From: Eledone cirrhosa | Taxonomy: Eukaryota | Direction of reading: 5' to 3' | Assembly: GCA_964016885.1 (NCBI GenBank) | Contig: OZ024745.1 | Coordinates: 125,736,001-125,800,000, forward strand | Length of the DNA: 64,000 nt | In this document: positions 40,976 to 56,161 of the stretch, piece by piece | Numbering within the stretch: position 1 is the stretch's first letter | How the letters are laid out: the number at the start of each line of letters is the position of its first letter | Program-made: the position numbers and the translations under genes | The notes under the pieces: model-generated | Databases searched by the model: none | What the model saw: only the letters and a program-made list of their open reading frames with translations | What the model was told of the DNA's origin: nothing

Positions 40976-42334
40976 ATGTATGTATGTATGTATGTATGTA
41001 TGTACGTATGTATGTATGTATGTATGTATGTATGTATGTATGTATGTATGTATGTATGTATGAATGTTTGTGTGTTCGTTTGTGTTCGTATGTGTACATA
41101 TGCGTATTATATGTGTTCGTTTGTGTACATATGCGTATTATATATCATATATCCTATACTTTTGTATTTCCGCATTTGCATGCATGTATGTGTATGTCTT
41201 CAAAGAATAATAACAGATAGGTTTTTGAAAACAGGCAAAAGAAGGCAACTTAAAACAACTTGAACCAATTCAGACAGCTGGAAAATGAAGATATATTTTA
41301 CCTCAGAGATGCAAGGTATATCCATATGTAATATCAATGATCACAAGATTAATTTTCATCTCATTCGTAATCCAATCGACTGGAAGTAGGCGTAGAAATC
41401 AAAACCAATTAGTTTCAAGTTATAAATAAAATGAACTCTTATATAGGATATATATATATTCACAATATTGTATTACATTAATATTTTGGAAGTCTTTTTT
41501 CATACTTTAAAGGAGATAGTTACGAGATAGTTATCAAAATATGCCCAATTTACAAAATAATCAGATAAATAAAGTAACTGAATATTATAGATAACTATGT
41601 AAATAGAAACAGCTAAAGCTTGTGTATTAGTTTTAGAAATGTATAACTGTACTTCATTTTATTCTTTATTTATTTACATCTCCTATATGAAAAATAAATT
41701 TCATTTTTATATGATTAATTAGTATATTAAATATAATGAATCAGTTACTAATATTCAGTACATGGATATTAGCAAATATATTATTTCGGTTACGAATAGG
41801 TTGAAAATAATTATTACAGTTAGATTCATATAAGAAAATTTCTATTTACGCCTTCCTTCTCCGAAGCATAATCTTGTCATATATGTTAATATATAGTCTA
41901 TTAGCTAATGTTTCACGTGAATTTCTGGTAAATGTTATCACTAATTAGTTAATACATCTGCTAATTTAATAGTTTTGTATAATTTGTATTTGTATTATCA
42001 ACACACAATAAAACAGACTCTACTAGATTATCAAAAGTAAGTAATTCCCTTAATAAAAGATATATCAGTGTGTTTAAATAATTTCTGACATTTACTTCAG
42101 TCAACATTGTTTCACGTCCACATTAACAACACTTCTCTCAAATAATCATGTTCCCTTGTCTTTAATATTTAGCTAATCCTCTATCTTTAGCTCGAAAGTC
42201 ATATGGCTTAATGTTCAGTTGGTGAATACGTGGTTCGGAGTTCACACCTACTGCGTGGCAGGTTGACGCCGATGTAAGCTTAATGAGGGAAATTGTATTG
42301 ATGGAAATTGTAGGGAAGTGTGTCATGTGCTGAA

Positions 42335-42416
42335 CGTGATGTGTTAGCGTTAAGCTAAGCAACTAATTACATCCACAGATGTAATTAGTTGCTTAGCTTA
42401 ACGCTAACACATCACG
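42335..42416. repeat. Perfect palindrome, 39-bp arms, 4-nt loop
   Basis: cgtgatgtgttagcgttaagctaagcaactaattacatc-caca-gatgtaattagttgcttagcttaacgctaacacatcacg. Confidence 0.97.
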
Positions 42417-42814
42417 GTTGGGTGACTTCAACAGATTTTACTCTTTTAAAAGCATTAGGGCTTCAGTTTAGATGATACGTTTGGCGCGAATTGAACTGCT
42501 TCCAACTGAAGTCACTCATAAGTCGTAGTTTCTTCACTCCATCCTCGTTCTGAACACTTTGGTGATCCTTCAAGTGGGAAAAGACACCGATTTTCTTTCT
42601 CTACCCAACTCACACGTCTCAATATCTATTTGCGATCTCCACTTGTTCAACTGTATTCTTATGTTATTTTCCCCCATGCAATAATTGTGTCATTTTCAAA
42701 AATTCTCTATAGATTAAAATCCATAGTGATATATATTGTTTTTCAAATCAATTTCTAAATTTATTATAACACTGCTGTTACATACGATATATATATATGT
42801 ATATGTATGTATAT

Positions 42815-42980
42815 CAGCCCGTCCGCCCCTCAATATAGCTTATTTCTCATTATTTCTTTTGATGAAGGACTACCGTACGAAAGGTTAAGACCCTCTTCCT
42901 GCTATATAAAGCGTTAATCTAATATATCCCTTCCATATACTGTACCGATTGTGTTGTTACTTCTGTTTACATTTTACATA
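42815..42980 (+). mobile_element. Family B hammerhead module, degenerate copy
   Basis: Homologous to 47915-48075; core reads ttgatgaaggactaccgtacgaaaggtt; 3' end runs into (AC)n. Confidence 0.7.
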
Positions 42981-43004
42981 CACACATACACACATACGCA
43001 CACG

Positions 43005-43115
<111 letters not shown>

Positions 43116-43116
43116 T

Positions 43117-43226
<110 letters not shown>

Positions 43227-44371
43227 TTGTGTTCTTGAGACTTTATTTCACGTTGCTTGCTCCAGTTTACTCATGTGTAGATATGAGTTGTGATGACACT
43301 AGTGCCAAGCTGTCTCGGCCTTCGCCTTTCCCTTGGACAGCATCGGTGCCGTGGGGATGGGAGACTGCTATGCATTGGCAACTGCTGGTCTTCCAAACAC
43401 AGGACTTGTGCCCCGGAGGGAAATTTCTAGATACAAATCTCATGGTCATTCGTGATTAAATGGGATCTTTACCCCTTTTCTACATCTACGCTAACTTTTA
43501 AACTTTCAAATAATTATCATACCGATTTTCATAATCCTCCTACTTTGTCTCCCATAACTAAGAATTGTTTCGCTGTTCCTTATCTTTTATTTTCATAATC
43601 CACAGACATGTCATTTGCTTCGCATCTAAATTTTTACCAACTTTAATTTGTATCATTTCATCTGCCATGTCAACAACGCAATATGTTTTAAATGTAGCCT
43701 TTTTATTGCTCAGCTATATAGTAACCCACGTGAGGTATTAATCACCACAGACTCTTTTTATTCATAATATGGAGCTACTTTCACGGGAGATTATCTTCTA
43801 TTCATTTTTTTTCATCATCTTTGATTTTTTTCTCTGAATCAGCTCCCTTTGAAATGATTAAAATCTTGTTAATGCTGGTAATCCTCTCTTTAGAGTTTTG
43901 TTTGGATTTCTAGTGCTTAATTTTCTGTAAAGACAGTATGTCAATTTTGTGACAGCAAGCAGTTTATCAAAATCTACTAACTCTTTGGCATTATGACTGA
44001 GGTTAACTTTGCCTTTCATTCTTACGGGATCGATAAAATAAAGTACCACTGGAATAATTTCTGGCCTTGTGCCAAAAGTAGAAACAATTATGACTGATAT
44101 ACAATCTCACTATTTAGTGAGGTTCTTATTTGGTTAATATTCTTTTAGGTAGTTTTCAATATTTGATTTTCGCAAAGGAGAAACACGCTTAGGAAAATAA
44201 ATTAGAAACGGTAGCATATAGTGAAATAATGCAAAGACTGAAGAGATTTTCCTGAATATTATTATGGGTGGTAGGAAGTAATCTGACATCTTCGAATGAA
44301 GGAGTGAATAATGTTCGTATGAGTAATATATGAGGAAATAAAAAGATATGAGAAAATAAAAAGTGTGCGTG

Positions 44372-44416
<45 letters not shown>

Positions 44417-45449
44417 CTGTCTGTATACATACACACATGTGTGTGTGTCTGTCTGTATACATACACATATATGTGTGTGTGTGTGTGTGTCTGTCTGTCT
44501 GTATACATACACATATGTGTGTGTGTGTGTGTGTCTGTCTGTATACATACACATATGTGTGTGGGGGGGGGGGTGAAGAAGAAGTAGAAATAGAAATCAG
44601 AGTACGCAATATTTCAAATAAAGTTATATATTTAATTGGAAATTGAAACTTTGCAAATGATTAATTTGAGTTTCACGTTTCTGATCTACAGACGACTGCG
44701 AAAAATGTAGGGAAAATAATATATCATCAACATCAATATAAGATATTTGAAGAAGATGGCAAGCATTGATTAGTTAAAAAGAGCTTACATGATGGAAGTA
44801 CTAAACACTTTTTGAATGGTAAATTGGTGAGGCGACAGTTAGAGAAAAAGATGCAGTATAAATATTTATATGGAAAAATAGAAAATATATGAAGCAATGA
44901 ATGTAAAATTAAACAAGTGTAACGAAAACAAAAATGTTTAATCACCCCTTCCTCATCCTCCACAAAATTGTAGGTGTGAAAGGAAGCAAAAGGGCGTCTG
45001 AATAACCCATTTGTTCTAAAATCAGTTGCACAGAGATTATCAATTTGGAAGCATATAGTTACAAATAGTTAGATGTGTGTTGGTAAGCTTCCAACATTTT
45101 AAACTTTTCATAAGACGTGAAATTTTTCATTTATTCACGTTATACAATCCAAATTCTAGCTAAAGGATTCTTCTCTATATGGTATTGCATGTATTGTAAA
45201 AAACGGAGTAAATTTGTTGGCTGATTGTATTGAAAAATAAAATAAAATTGATGTTTGTGAAAATATGAAATCTTTATAAAGAATTCCCTAAATTGGAATG
45301 AGATCTTTATAGAAGCTACGATTTGTAATGTCATGCGATGTTAAATATCATGAAATTAGTACTGTAGATAGTTTTTCACTGAAATATATTTATCTAATAG
45401 ACTAATATCGGTATTTGTTGGGATGTTGCAAGAGAGAGTAATGTTATTT

Positions 45450-45635
45450 GGAGGTGGATTGGCAGTATCGGTAGAGGGTCAGACACCATGCTTTCCAGCA
45501 TAGTTACGTCCCTTTACGATCTGAGTTCAAATCCCGCCGAGGTTGACTTTGCCTTTCATCCTTACGGGGTCGATAAAATAAAGTACCAGTAATGCACTGG
45601 GTAATTGCTGGCCTTGTGCCTAAAGTAGAAACAGT
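45450..45635 (+). mobile_element. Full-length SINE with 14-bp TSD
   Basis: gttatttggaggtg at 45443-45456 and 45634-45647; A and B boxes intact. Confidence 0.92.
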
Positions 45636-46412
45636 TATTTGGAGGTGTAATACAAGAAATATTAGTTTTAGGGAAGGTATTCAGTTCAGGGTTTATAACT
45701 GTATATACATTACAGGAACACGATGTTTAAGCTGAGTGATATAAAATGAGCAAGGGAAAAGAAACATCAGATGCTGTAATAACACATTTCAAAAATATGC
45801 AGAGGTGGACTACAGATGGCTTATTCTGGGATTCGATGTAATGTAATATTATGACTGACTAATACATGTTACAGGTGCACCATCTGTGATATGGGAGCAG
45901 TTCTTCACGTGTATCTATAAACAGGAAAATCTAATCTTTTCAGAATTTTGTATATTTTAAAGGCAGTTTCTAACGAGCATTCATCTGGTTCGAGTCAAAA
46001 CTTTGATTATAGTATCACAGAAGATCATTAATTGTGACAAGTCGATGTCAGAAGATTAGTATGATTAGTTATAATTAGAGTATCAGTTATGATTGCTAGT
46101 TATTATTTGGCTACTTGCCTAGAGTTATTCGTGATTATGGTAACAGATAAATATTGAGCTGGTGCTCTTCATTGCCAAAACAATGCCGCAAAACTGTTTA
46201 GAACCTCTGCTAAATGGAGGATAGTAATGAGCTGTTTATATTACAAATGGATTAATTTTGCTATTAGAAGGATAACATCTTATTAGTATAGTCGAGTAAA
46301 TTTTGGCTTGCTTGGATAGAGTTCGCTTTATCTGCATACCTTACTACTAATAAAGATTAAGTGAATTAAAATAGTTTGGCTGAAATATCTACTATCTACA
46401 TGATCAGAGCGT

Positions 46413-46453
<41 letters not shown>

Positions 46454-46470
46454 CAACACTACGGAAAATA

Positions 46471-46531
<61 letters not shown>

Positions 46532-47951
46532 TATATTTTACTCTCTTGATACTATGCCGTAAGCACCGACCACTATTTCATTGGTTTTCCCAATGTTTTT
46601 ATTTAAATTAAAAGTATACTAATTTTGTTCAGAGATATTTTCAAAACCATTTTGATATAGAACAAGTTGTTTTGTCTGAATAGCGCCTGAGTTATTGATT
46701 ATCCTTTCAAAACAGGTAATAGAAATAGAAAATATATTTCATTAGAATTATTGTCATAAATGTATTCATAGGTTATTCTCGTCTCAACGGGTGTTGTCTA
46801 ATATATCGAACGACTTATACGGGAATTAAGGAAGAGGACATTAGTTAATATGGGTTTTGAGGATTCAACTCAAGAAGATATTCAGAGATTGAAAATATGA
46901 AGCTTTTATGAGTGATGTATTTTACGATAATCTATAGGAGTTTAAAGTGAGAAAACCGAAGTATAACTAGCTAGGCCACCCGTATTACCCATCTAGAGAA
47001 CAAAGCACCCAGTTGTGAGTTTCTCTATATTGCAGTCAAGTGGGTTAATTTCACATACTATGTTTATATTAGCTGTGTATGTAACTTAGAAGTAATTCTT
47101 TGTGTTTACAGTAATTATAATTACTATAGGACGTTGACGTTTCAGTAGAAATGAATGTAAAATAAAAATAACAAAACAAAAGACAAAAATAATAACTCGT
47201 GGACAGAAAACGATATATCTGAAAAGGTTAAGGCATTGAGGTATAAGCTAACATCTATTTGTAAGGAAATATGGAAGCTATTGCAAACACTGATATATAT
47301 CAATTTTGTGACAGTGTATGACTTAGAGGTTAATGTGTTTGTATCACGATCAAAAAGTCATAAGTTCGATTAATGGCGAAGCGCTTTGGCCTTGAACGTC
47401 GTCGTTACCGATAGAGATCCAACAAATATTTCTGACTAGGAGGAATTGTAAATGTATTATCAACCACTTCCGCCTCGTCCCCATTGTTATTTCTAAAAAC
47501 ACGACCAGGAGTCTGATGATATAATAGAGTTAAATATGCCAGAGCCTGTTGTGTTTGCAGCCTATCTAGATAATATGTATATGTGAATATCTCCGTATAG
47601 AAGTGTATGAGTGTATGTGTATGTATGCGTCATTATGTGTGCCTATATTTACATATTAGTGTATATATAAATATATATATACATATATACATACATAAAT
47701 ACACGCACATACATATATAAACACATACACACAAACATACATACATATATATATATATACATACCTGTATATGTATGCATGTGTGTGTACAGTTAGGAAT
47801 TTATATATATAAATAAATATAAAATTAGTGTGCATACGTACATTTAAATAAATAAGAGATGGTAACATGAATGGACCTATTATTTTTATCTAAGACATAT
47901 TTTCCAATTCCACCCCGCCCGTCCCATCAATTTATCTAATGTCTCCTTCTT

Positions 47952-47987
47952 TCTTCTGATGAAGGACTAGCATCCGAAACGTTAAGA
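47952..47987 (+). ncRNA. Minimal hammerhead ribozyme variant (family B) in module 47855-48075
   Basis: tctt-CTGATGA-a-gga-ctagca-tcc-GAAACGTT-aaga; palindromic AACGTT stem III typical of PLE hammerheads. Confidence 0.7.
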
Positions 47988-48072
47988 CCCTCTTCCTGCT
48001 ATTTCAAACGTTAACCTAATATATTCCATCCATATACTGTACAGATTGTGTTGTTATTTCTGTTTACCTTTT

Positions 48073-48160
<88 letters not shown>

Positions 48161-48179
48161 CATATATATGCATATATAC

Positions 48180-48273
<94 letters not shown>

Positions 48274-48298
48274 AAATATATATAAATATATATATATG

Positions 48299-48337
<39 letters not shown>

Positions 48338-48844
48338 TACTATGTTGTTTGTTTACTTTCCCCATCCAATTCGCTCTGACCCAATAATTATTTTAGTTAT
48401 TGCTCGCACTGATTTTGAGGTATCTGGTCTTTAATGCGAAGAAATACCAATCATAGTCAGCAGACTACTGCTGATGGACAGTCCCGTTTCTCAGTCTATT
48501 TTCCTTCATATGTATCACACTCGTAACAACGCCGTACGCCATTTTTTCATTCATATATATATTTTTTTCCCTTAGCTGTGGTTTGTCTTTTTACTATCAC
48601 CTTACTGCTATCCTCTTTCTCTCCCCCCCCCCCCTTCTCTCTCCTCGTACCTCTTGCTTCATTCACCCCCTCTGCTGGTCACACACTCTCTCGGCTGACC
48701 TCTTCCTCACACTTTCACTCACTCCCTCTATGCTACTCCCCCTCTTTCACTTCCTCCCGTCTGACCTGTGTGAAATCTGTTTCTCTCTCACTTTTCGCGT
48801 GGTTCGGACGTGTCTCGGTCTATTTTCATTCATATATATATATC

Positions 48845-48880
<36 letters not shown>

Positions 48881-50811
48881 GACAGTTTATGTATTTGTGG
48901 CACGTTCATTGAGACAAAGAACATCACTGAAAGTCAAGTTCCTTTAACAGACCAGTGAAATACGAATATTATATATTGCTACATGTCTCTGTAGAATCTG
49001 ACTTCAATTTCCCTATAGATGTCAGATGGGAATCTATCCAATTAACTCAGACACTCTAATATGAAACCTTTCTAAATAACATCTAAAAAATATCAACTAA
49101 ACTTTGATGTTCATATGAATTACAGAACATATATAAATGCATGGTATGTGGGTTAATGAGGAATGCATTTAAGGGAATGATGTATGTATATTATGTGGCT
49201 CAGAACGGAAACAGACTTTCAGGATACGAGATCTAGATGCTCTGAATTACAATCTTTAAGTATATAATTCAAACATAGTTTGTGAATAGATAACTCAAAG
49301 TACACACACAAGCAAAAGAACAAAAAAAGAAAAAAAAAAGAAGCATGGTAATAACATTTTTGAACCATGAATATAAAGGACTATTGATACAGGAAAAGTC
49401 ACAAATGAGGAGAAATGTATGTTGAGCTCCTAGGAAAATTAGATTCTATACCAAGAAATATTGTGCCGTTGCTAAATTTGATACGCACATTTCTGCTACT
49501 GTTAAGTTTATTCGTGCAATAAAAGTGAAGTAAAATTAAAATATTTTTCATCTGATTTGCAGTAAAGTCTTATACTAACAACGCTGTTTGTCCATTATTC
49601 TGTTCTCACGATCATATATACGATCTTATATATATTTTAGAAGTTTTGTGGGAAATTAGCAACTTTCTTTTAAAGCTATTCCTGACTTTCCGACACATAG
49701 AATAAACATTAAAATAACCTTGACCCAAAGCATCAGATTATCAGCTGATCTGCATAAACTTGTGCTAAAATGAAAACCAGAGAGTTGTATAGAGAGTTAC
49801 AGACATATTGATATATAAAAAGAAATGGTATTAGAAAGGCGATATGAATAATATAGGTAATAAAATATAGCAAAACATTGAAGTGTCGGGAAAGTATAAA
49901 TATTCCCAGAAAGAAAAGAATGGTGTAGATGTAAAAAGGAAGACAGCAAAATTATGAAAAGTAGTAATAGTTTACATTAGTAAAATAAAAAAAAAAACGC
50001 TAATAACTTTGTAAAGTAAGATTTGTTCGTGCGGTGAGCATATTTATTACGAACTGAGTCAGTATTTCGCTGTATAATTGTGCCAATGTACATCTCCGAT
50101 GTGTGGTAAACTAGAAGTCCTTTTCTGTTTTATTTGAAACTCAACTTTAGCTGCGCAAAATGTTGTATAGTGTATTTTGAATTAGTAGACAATCACTTGA
50201 ACCTTCTCTGAAATCGGATCCCATCTGCTGCTCAATCAACAACATTTTCCCTTTTCATTACTTCAAATTAATCAGCCTATCCATTATTCCATCGTTGGTG
50301 ATTTGGATGATTGAATCCGATGAAGGTGCAGGGATGAGCGTCTTATCTTCTTGCATCTTACCTGTCATTAGTCTGAATTCTTTCTGTCTTCAAAACAACA
50401 TATATTTTAAATGTGCATGAAACCCAACTTTTTTTGTCACCTTTCCAGGAGACCACAACATAGTCATGAAGGGTATTGAAAAAGTAATGTAATATACTGA
50501 CTCAGGGTTGTTTAAATGTGATCAATGCTACCAAACAACTAAATATTTCCAGTTGCCAAGGGATCTTTGAGTTCAATACCACTAAAACGAAAAAAAGAAG
50601 AAAAAGAATAAACAGCCTATTACAAATTGCTATTAAAAGAATAAGACCCGACTGCTTTATTGAGCATTGCACATACATTCATGAAAGTACAGCCTGTCTA
50701 TAGTCCTTGTTGAGAATAGCCAGACAGAAAGAGATCAAGTAATTATCATACTTAATGTGCAAAACATCAATAACAAATAAATACAATAATAATAATAATA
50801 ATAAATAAATA

Positions 50812-50848
<37 letters not shown>

Positions 50849-50851
<3 letters not shown>

Positions 50852-53800
50852 TCATGTGACAGACTCTCACCCAGCAGGTGCTGCCCGGCTCAGCAGCAGG
50901 GACCTGGCTGTCAACCAAATACTGGTGGTGTCGGAGGAAGAAGAAGAAAAGGGACCAGAACCAACAGGACGAAAGAATTGAATAGAACTGTTATGCAATG
51001 TTACCTGAAGAGTAACCCCAAGGAGAAAGGCTATAGGAAACGGATGCATAACATCTGGAACAAGATTGGTCTATTTAAATTACATGAACAAAAATTGGCC
51101 GGGCAGGCTCGGGTAATAAGAACTAATGGGTGGATAAGCGAGCTGGAACTGGAGGAACTGAGCAGAGAGTGGAGTATGCCAGTGGGAAATGAAGGTGAAG
51201 AGGCTGAGGGAACGGAGGAACCATCCGAAGGATACAATGATCTGAATGCTGAAATAAATAATACCTGGAACAAAGATACGGCCATTGAAGAGATGAATGC
51301 TGACGGGCTAGGACAAGATTTGGTTGATATCCTAAACTTAGTGGTAGATGAAATGAACAATGATAGTGGGAAACCTATGAACCTAAGATTTGTAGACACG
51401 AAAAAGTTAAAAGAAACAATAACTAAGGTAAACAAAGTCATCCCATACCTTGAGGCGAGGAGCCTTCACCAGTGCAACAATATCCTCAAAGCAACAGCAA
51501 ATGCGGTGAGGAAATTACTTGGCATAAAAGCGAGAGGAAACAACAAACAAGAAAGATCAGAACCTTGGTGGAAGAAACGACTGAATGGTCAAATCAGGGA
51601 AATGAGAAATGACATTGGAAAGCTTGAGTCACTACTGAATGGGACACTAAAAAACATAGACACTAAAAATAGACTGGAAATAAAGTACAAAACTAGGAGG
51701 AAAAAGCTAAATATTATCATAGAGGAACTGAAGCAACGCATTGTAGCAAAGAATGCAAAAGTTAAGCGATACGAGAGCAGAGTCAGTCAGTATAGACAGA
51801 ACCGCATGTTTGACAACAACCAAAAGATGTTGTTTGGACAGCTTGAAGGGAAAGAAAGAGGCAACGACTTGATCCCTGAGGCGGAACAAACTAAGACATT
51901 CTGGAGAGGAATATGGGAGCAGGATATTAAACATAATGACCAGGCAGTGTGGATTGAGACAGTATAAAAGGAGATTAGTGAACAGGCACACCAACAAACT
52001 GATTTGAGTATCACAGTTGAAACTCTTAAGGGGCAGGCCAAAACACTAACCAACTGGAAATCACCAGGCCCAGATGGTGTGCAGGGGTATTGGATTAAAA
52101 ATATAACATCCCTCCACCCGAAACTGACAACCATGTTCAATGACTGCTTGATGTCAGGTGAGGTACCAGAGTGGTTGACAGAAGGTACCACAGTTCTGGT
52201 AATGAAAGACCGAATCAAGGGTAATGATGTTACCAACTATAGACCTATCACATGTCTGTCCGTAATGTGGAAACTGTTGACAAGCATTGTGTCTGAGGAA
52301 ATCTACCATCACCTGCACACAAACAACTTGTTACGGACGAACAGAAAGGATGCCGAAAGAAGTCCCGTGGTACAAAGGACCAGTTACTTATTGATAAGAT
52401 GGCAATGAGGAATTGCAAGAGGAGACACACTGGTCTTGCCATGGGATGGATAGACTACAAAAAGGTATTTGACATGGTGCCTCATTCTTGGATCACCAAA
52501 AAGATCTTCAGGGTGGCAGATAACATCAGACAGTTGTTGAGCAAAAGTATGAAGTCCTGGAAAATAGAGTTAACATCAGCTGGAGAATCCTTGGGAGGCG
52601 TGAAGATCAAGAGAGGTATCTTCCAGGGAGATAGTCTGTCCCCTCTGTTGTTTGTCCTTGCCATGATGCCCCTGACCATTTTACTGCGAAAAGTGAGAGC
52701 AGGATATAAGTTGGGAAAGGGAGAGCTTACCTTCAATCACCTCCTCTTCATGGACGAACTTAAGCTCTTCGGGAAGAGTGAGAAGGAGTTGGATGTGCTT
52801 GTTGACACTGTCCGTATTTTCAGCAATGATATATGTATGTAATTTGGTATTAGTAAGTGTGGAGTCCTTGTGATGAAGAGGGGTAAATTGAGCAGAAGCA
52901 ACGGAATCCAGGTACCAACAGGTGAGATGATAAAGAAAATTGACACTGAAGAAGGATACAAGTATTTGGGTGTTCTGGACGCTGATGACATCAAGAACAA
53001 AAAAAATGAAGGAATTGATAAGATCTGACTACATTCGGAGAGTAAGGAGCGTATTAAAGTCACATCTGAACAGTAGGAATGCCATAAGTGCAGTAAATTC
53101 CCGAGCTCTGTCTATTATTAGGTACAGTGCGGGAATTCTGAAATGGAATGTTGCTGAACAAAAAGAAATGGATAGGAAGACTAGGAAGCTATTGACTATC
53201 TACAACATGTTCCACAAGAGGAGTGATGTCGATAGACTCTACTTAAGGAGATCTGAAGGTGGAAGAGGTCTTATCAGCATAGAGGACTGTGTTCAGATGG
53301 AGAAAACCAACCTACACAAATACGTGACTGATAGTAGGGAGCCAATGCTCAGAATTGTACTGAAGGAGAGGACAATAGACCAGGGGATATCCAAGGAGGA
53401 AATAAAAACAAGGAGAAAGAGCAACCTTCATGAAAAATCCCTTCATAGTGCCTTCTTTGAGAAAACTGAATTTAGAGATCCACAGACATGGAACTGGTTG
53501 AAAAGAGGAGACCTTAAAAAGGCTACAGAAGGAATGCTAATGACTGCGCAAGAGCAGGCCCTCAAAACGAAGTGGTTGAAAACCCATATTTACAAGGAGG
53601 AGGCTAGCTCACTGTGTAAGATCTGTGGAGAGAGAGAGGAGACTGTGGCTCACATTGTATCCGAGTGTAAACACCTAGTCCAGAGTCACTATAAAGGCTG
53701 GAGATGTGATGGCCAGGGTGATCCACTGGCACCTATGAAAAGTAAACAATTTACCACATTCTGAGAAGTGGTATGAGCATAAGCCGGAGTCGGTGATGGA

Positions 53801-54247
53801 AAACGATCAGGTTAAGGTGCTGTGGGCTTTTAGGATACAGACGGATAAGAAACTGGAACACAATAGACCTGACCTGGTGGTTTTGGACAAGGGAAAAAGA
53901 TCGTGTCTGATTGTGGATGTAGCCTGACCATTCGACACGAGAGTGCAAGAGAAGGAGAGGGAGAAAATTAACCGATACCAGGACTTAAAGTGGGAAGTAA
54001 AAAGGATTTGGAACTGCCATGAGGTCAAAGTTGTCCCGATTGTCATAGGCGCACTAGGTACTATCTCAAAGAGTTTCCATGGATGGTTAAGGAAAATTGG
54101 TCCCGCCCCGCTTTTTGGAACACTTTTTGCTGGGAACAGCAAGAACCCTCCGATACGTCCTGAATATCTGAGGCTGCATGTAGTGGCTTGATATTCATTT
54201 CAACAAATTTTCCAGTTAAATAACATCAATGACTGAGACTCAAAGAA
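50849..54247 (+). mobile_element. Dong/R4-clade non-LTR retrotransposon, near full-length, decayed, inserted in (TAA)n
   Basis: Single-ORF layout: [120 protein letters not shown]. Nonsense codon at 51965-51967 plus frameshifts; TAA tracts on both sides. Confidence 0.93.
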
Positions 54248-54252
54248 CAATA

Positions 54253-54303
<51 letters not shown>

Positions 54304-54701
54304 GCAACAACAACAATAGCAACAACAACAAACACAACAACTACAACGACAACAACAACAACAATGAAGGTGATGATAATGATGATGGTGATTGGGATGT
54401 TTATGACGATTTTAACAATCTGGACTTGAAAACGTAGACAACATTTGGTTGATAAGGGAAATACATTAACAGACGGCAACCACTGACATAATTGATACGT
54501 CCTATCACAATTGTTGTTAATTAATCGCTCTGAAGCAAATGATGTAAATATTTGAAATATTTTCTTTCTCTTGTTGTTTATTAAGTTGTTTGTTGTTGTT
54601 GTTGCTGTGTTGTTGTTCGGTGACGTTTCAAAGCTAGCTTCTTAAATTTCTCTCATGATTATTTAATTAATATGAAAAGATAGGAAGCTGTAGCATAAAA
54701 G

Positions 54702-54804
<103 letters not shown>

Positions 54805-55073
54805 ATAAATGAAACAAAACAAAACACAAGAAGAAAATTGACACAGTTATATTAGTTTCACGCTTGGAGGAATTGGAGGAGGTTTCAACGTTTCAGACAG
54901 AAATCATTCTTCAGGAAAGTTTGGAAAAGGAGAGAACAGATAGACGTATGAATAGTGTGAGAAAGTTAGGAAAGGAAGTTAAAAAAGAAGATGGGGGAGC
55001 TGAATGAAAGGTCCGACCTTGGGCGTCAGGGTCGAGGGTATGGGTTGGCATGGGTGTAGTTATAAATAAATAT

Positions 55074-55150
<77 letters not shown>

Positions 55151-56077
55151 AATGTGTATGTTTTTTTAAAAAATAAGTATATATACACATATATCTGTGT
55201 GGGCGAATGGATACACACACTTGAAAGAAAAATTTAAGTCTGTATGTTAATTAAGTGCAAACACAAAACCAACCATGCATATCTTTACTATCTCTAATCC
55301 TTCTATAGATTTAGAAAAATAACCAACGCCAAATAATGTATTCTATAAAAATGCCAAAACAACAGATGGGAATCTAATTACCCACTGCTATCAAAAATTT
55401 CTATCCACTTCCTTAACTATTCTTCTAACTTCACTCCTCCCTCTTAATATTCTCTATAAAAACCAAACAAGTTCTCAATGAGATTATTCTGATGAAATGA
55501 TAGTTGAAAATAACATTGAAATATTGAGTTTCTGCATAATTAATACTTTGTAGATACCAGCCGTTTTCAGGTTATATAACTGTTATTGAAACACGTGTCA
55601 ATAAATTCCTTTTACTAAACTGTATCCATTTAAATCCTTCTATTTTCTCCGGATTACGTTTGAAACTACAACTGGAACCGTCGAGCAAACCCTACGTGAG
55701 CTGTCCATCTACTGTGTGTAATATTCATATTACAACACTACTGAAAATACTATATATATATATATATATATATATTTAAGGAAAAGAAATCGAAAATGCA
55801 ACTGGAGTCTTTTTAAGAATACTTATTGATTTCCTTTACCGGTTTCACTCTTCTTATGCTTTTCAAAAGTAGAATTGAGATGGAGGGTTTGTGGTTTTTC
55901 TCGCATCTCTTATATATATATATAGTAATAATAATAAATTTGAAGACTAAAATCCAAAGGATCAATATATATCAAATATATAAGAACCCTAGAGCAAATA
56001 TTCAGAAGATCCTGTTAAGGGTGAAAGCAGCGATTCTTTGCTTCAACTTTAATCTGTTATTTTAATAAATATATATA

Positions 56078-56159
<82 letters not shown>

Positions 56160-56161
<2 letters not shown>

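Noticed and set aside
54884-54920. Minus-strand tttc-ctgaaga...gaaacgtt-gaaa hammerhead-like motif
   Set aside because: Stem II does not pair properly; probably a decayed PLE motif, single copy here.
55481-55532. Hammerhead-like ctgatga-aatg...catt-gaaatatt
   Set aside because: Stem I is not convincing; kept out of the ribozyme count.
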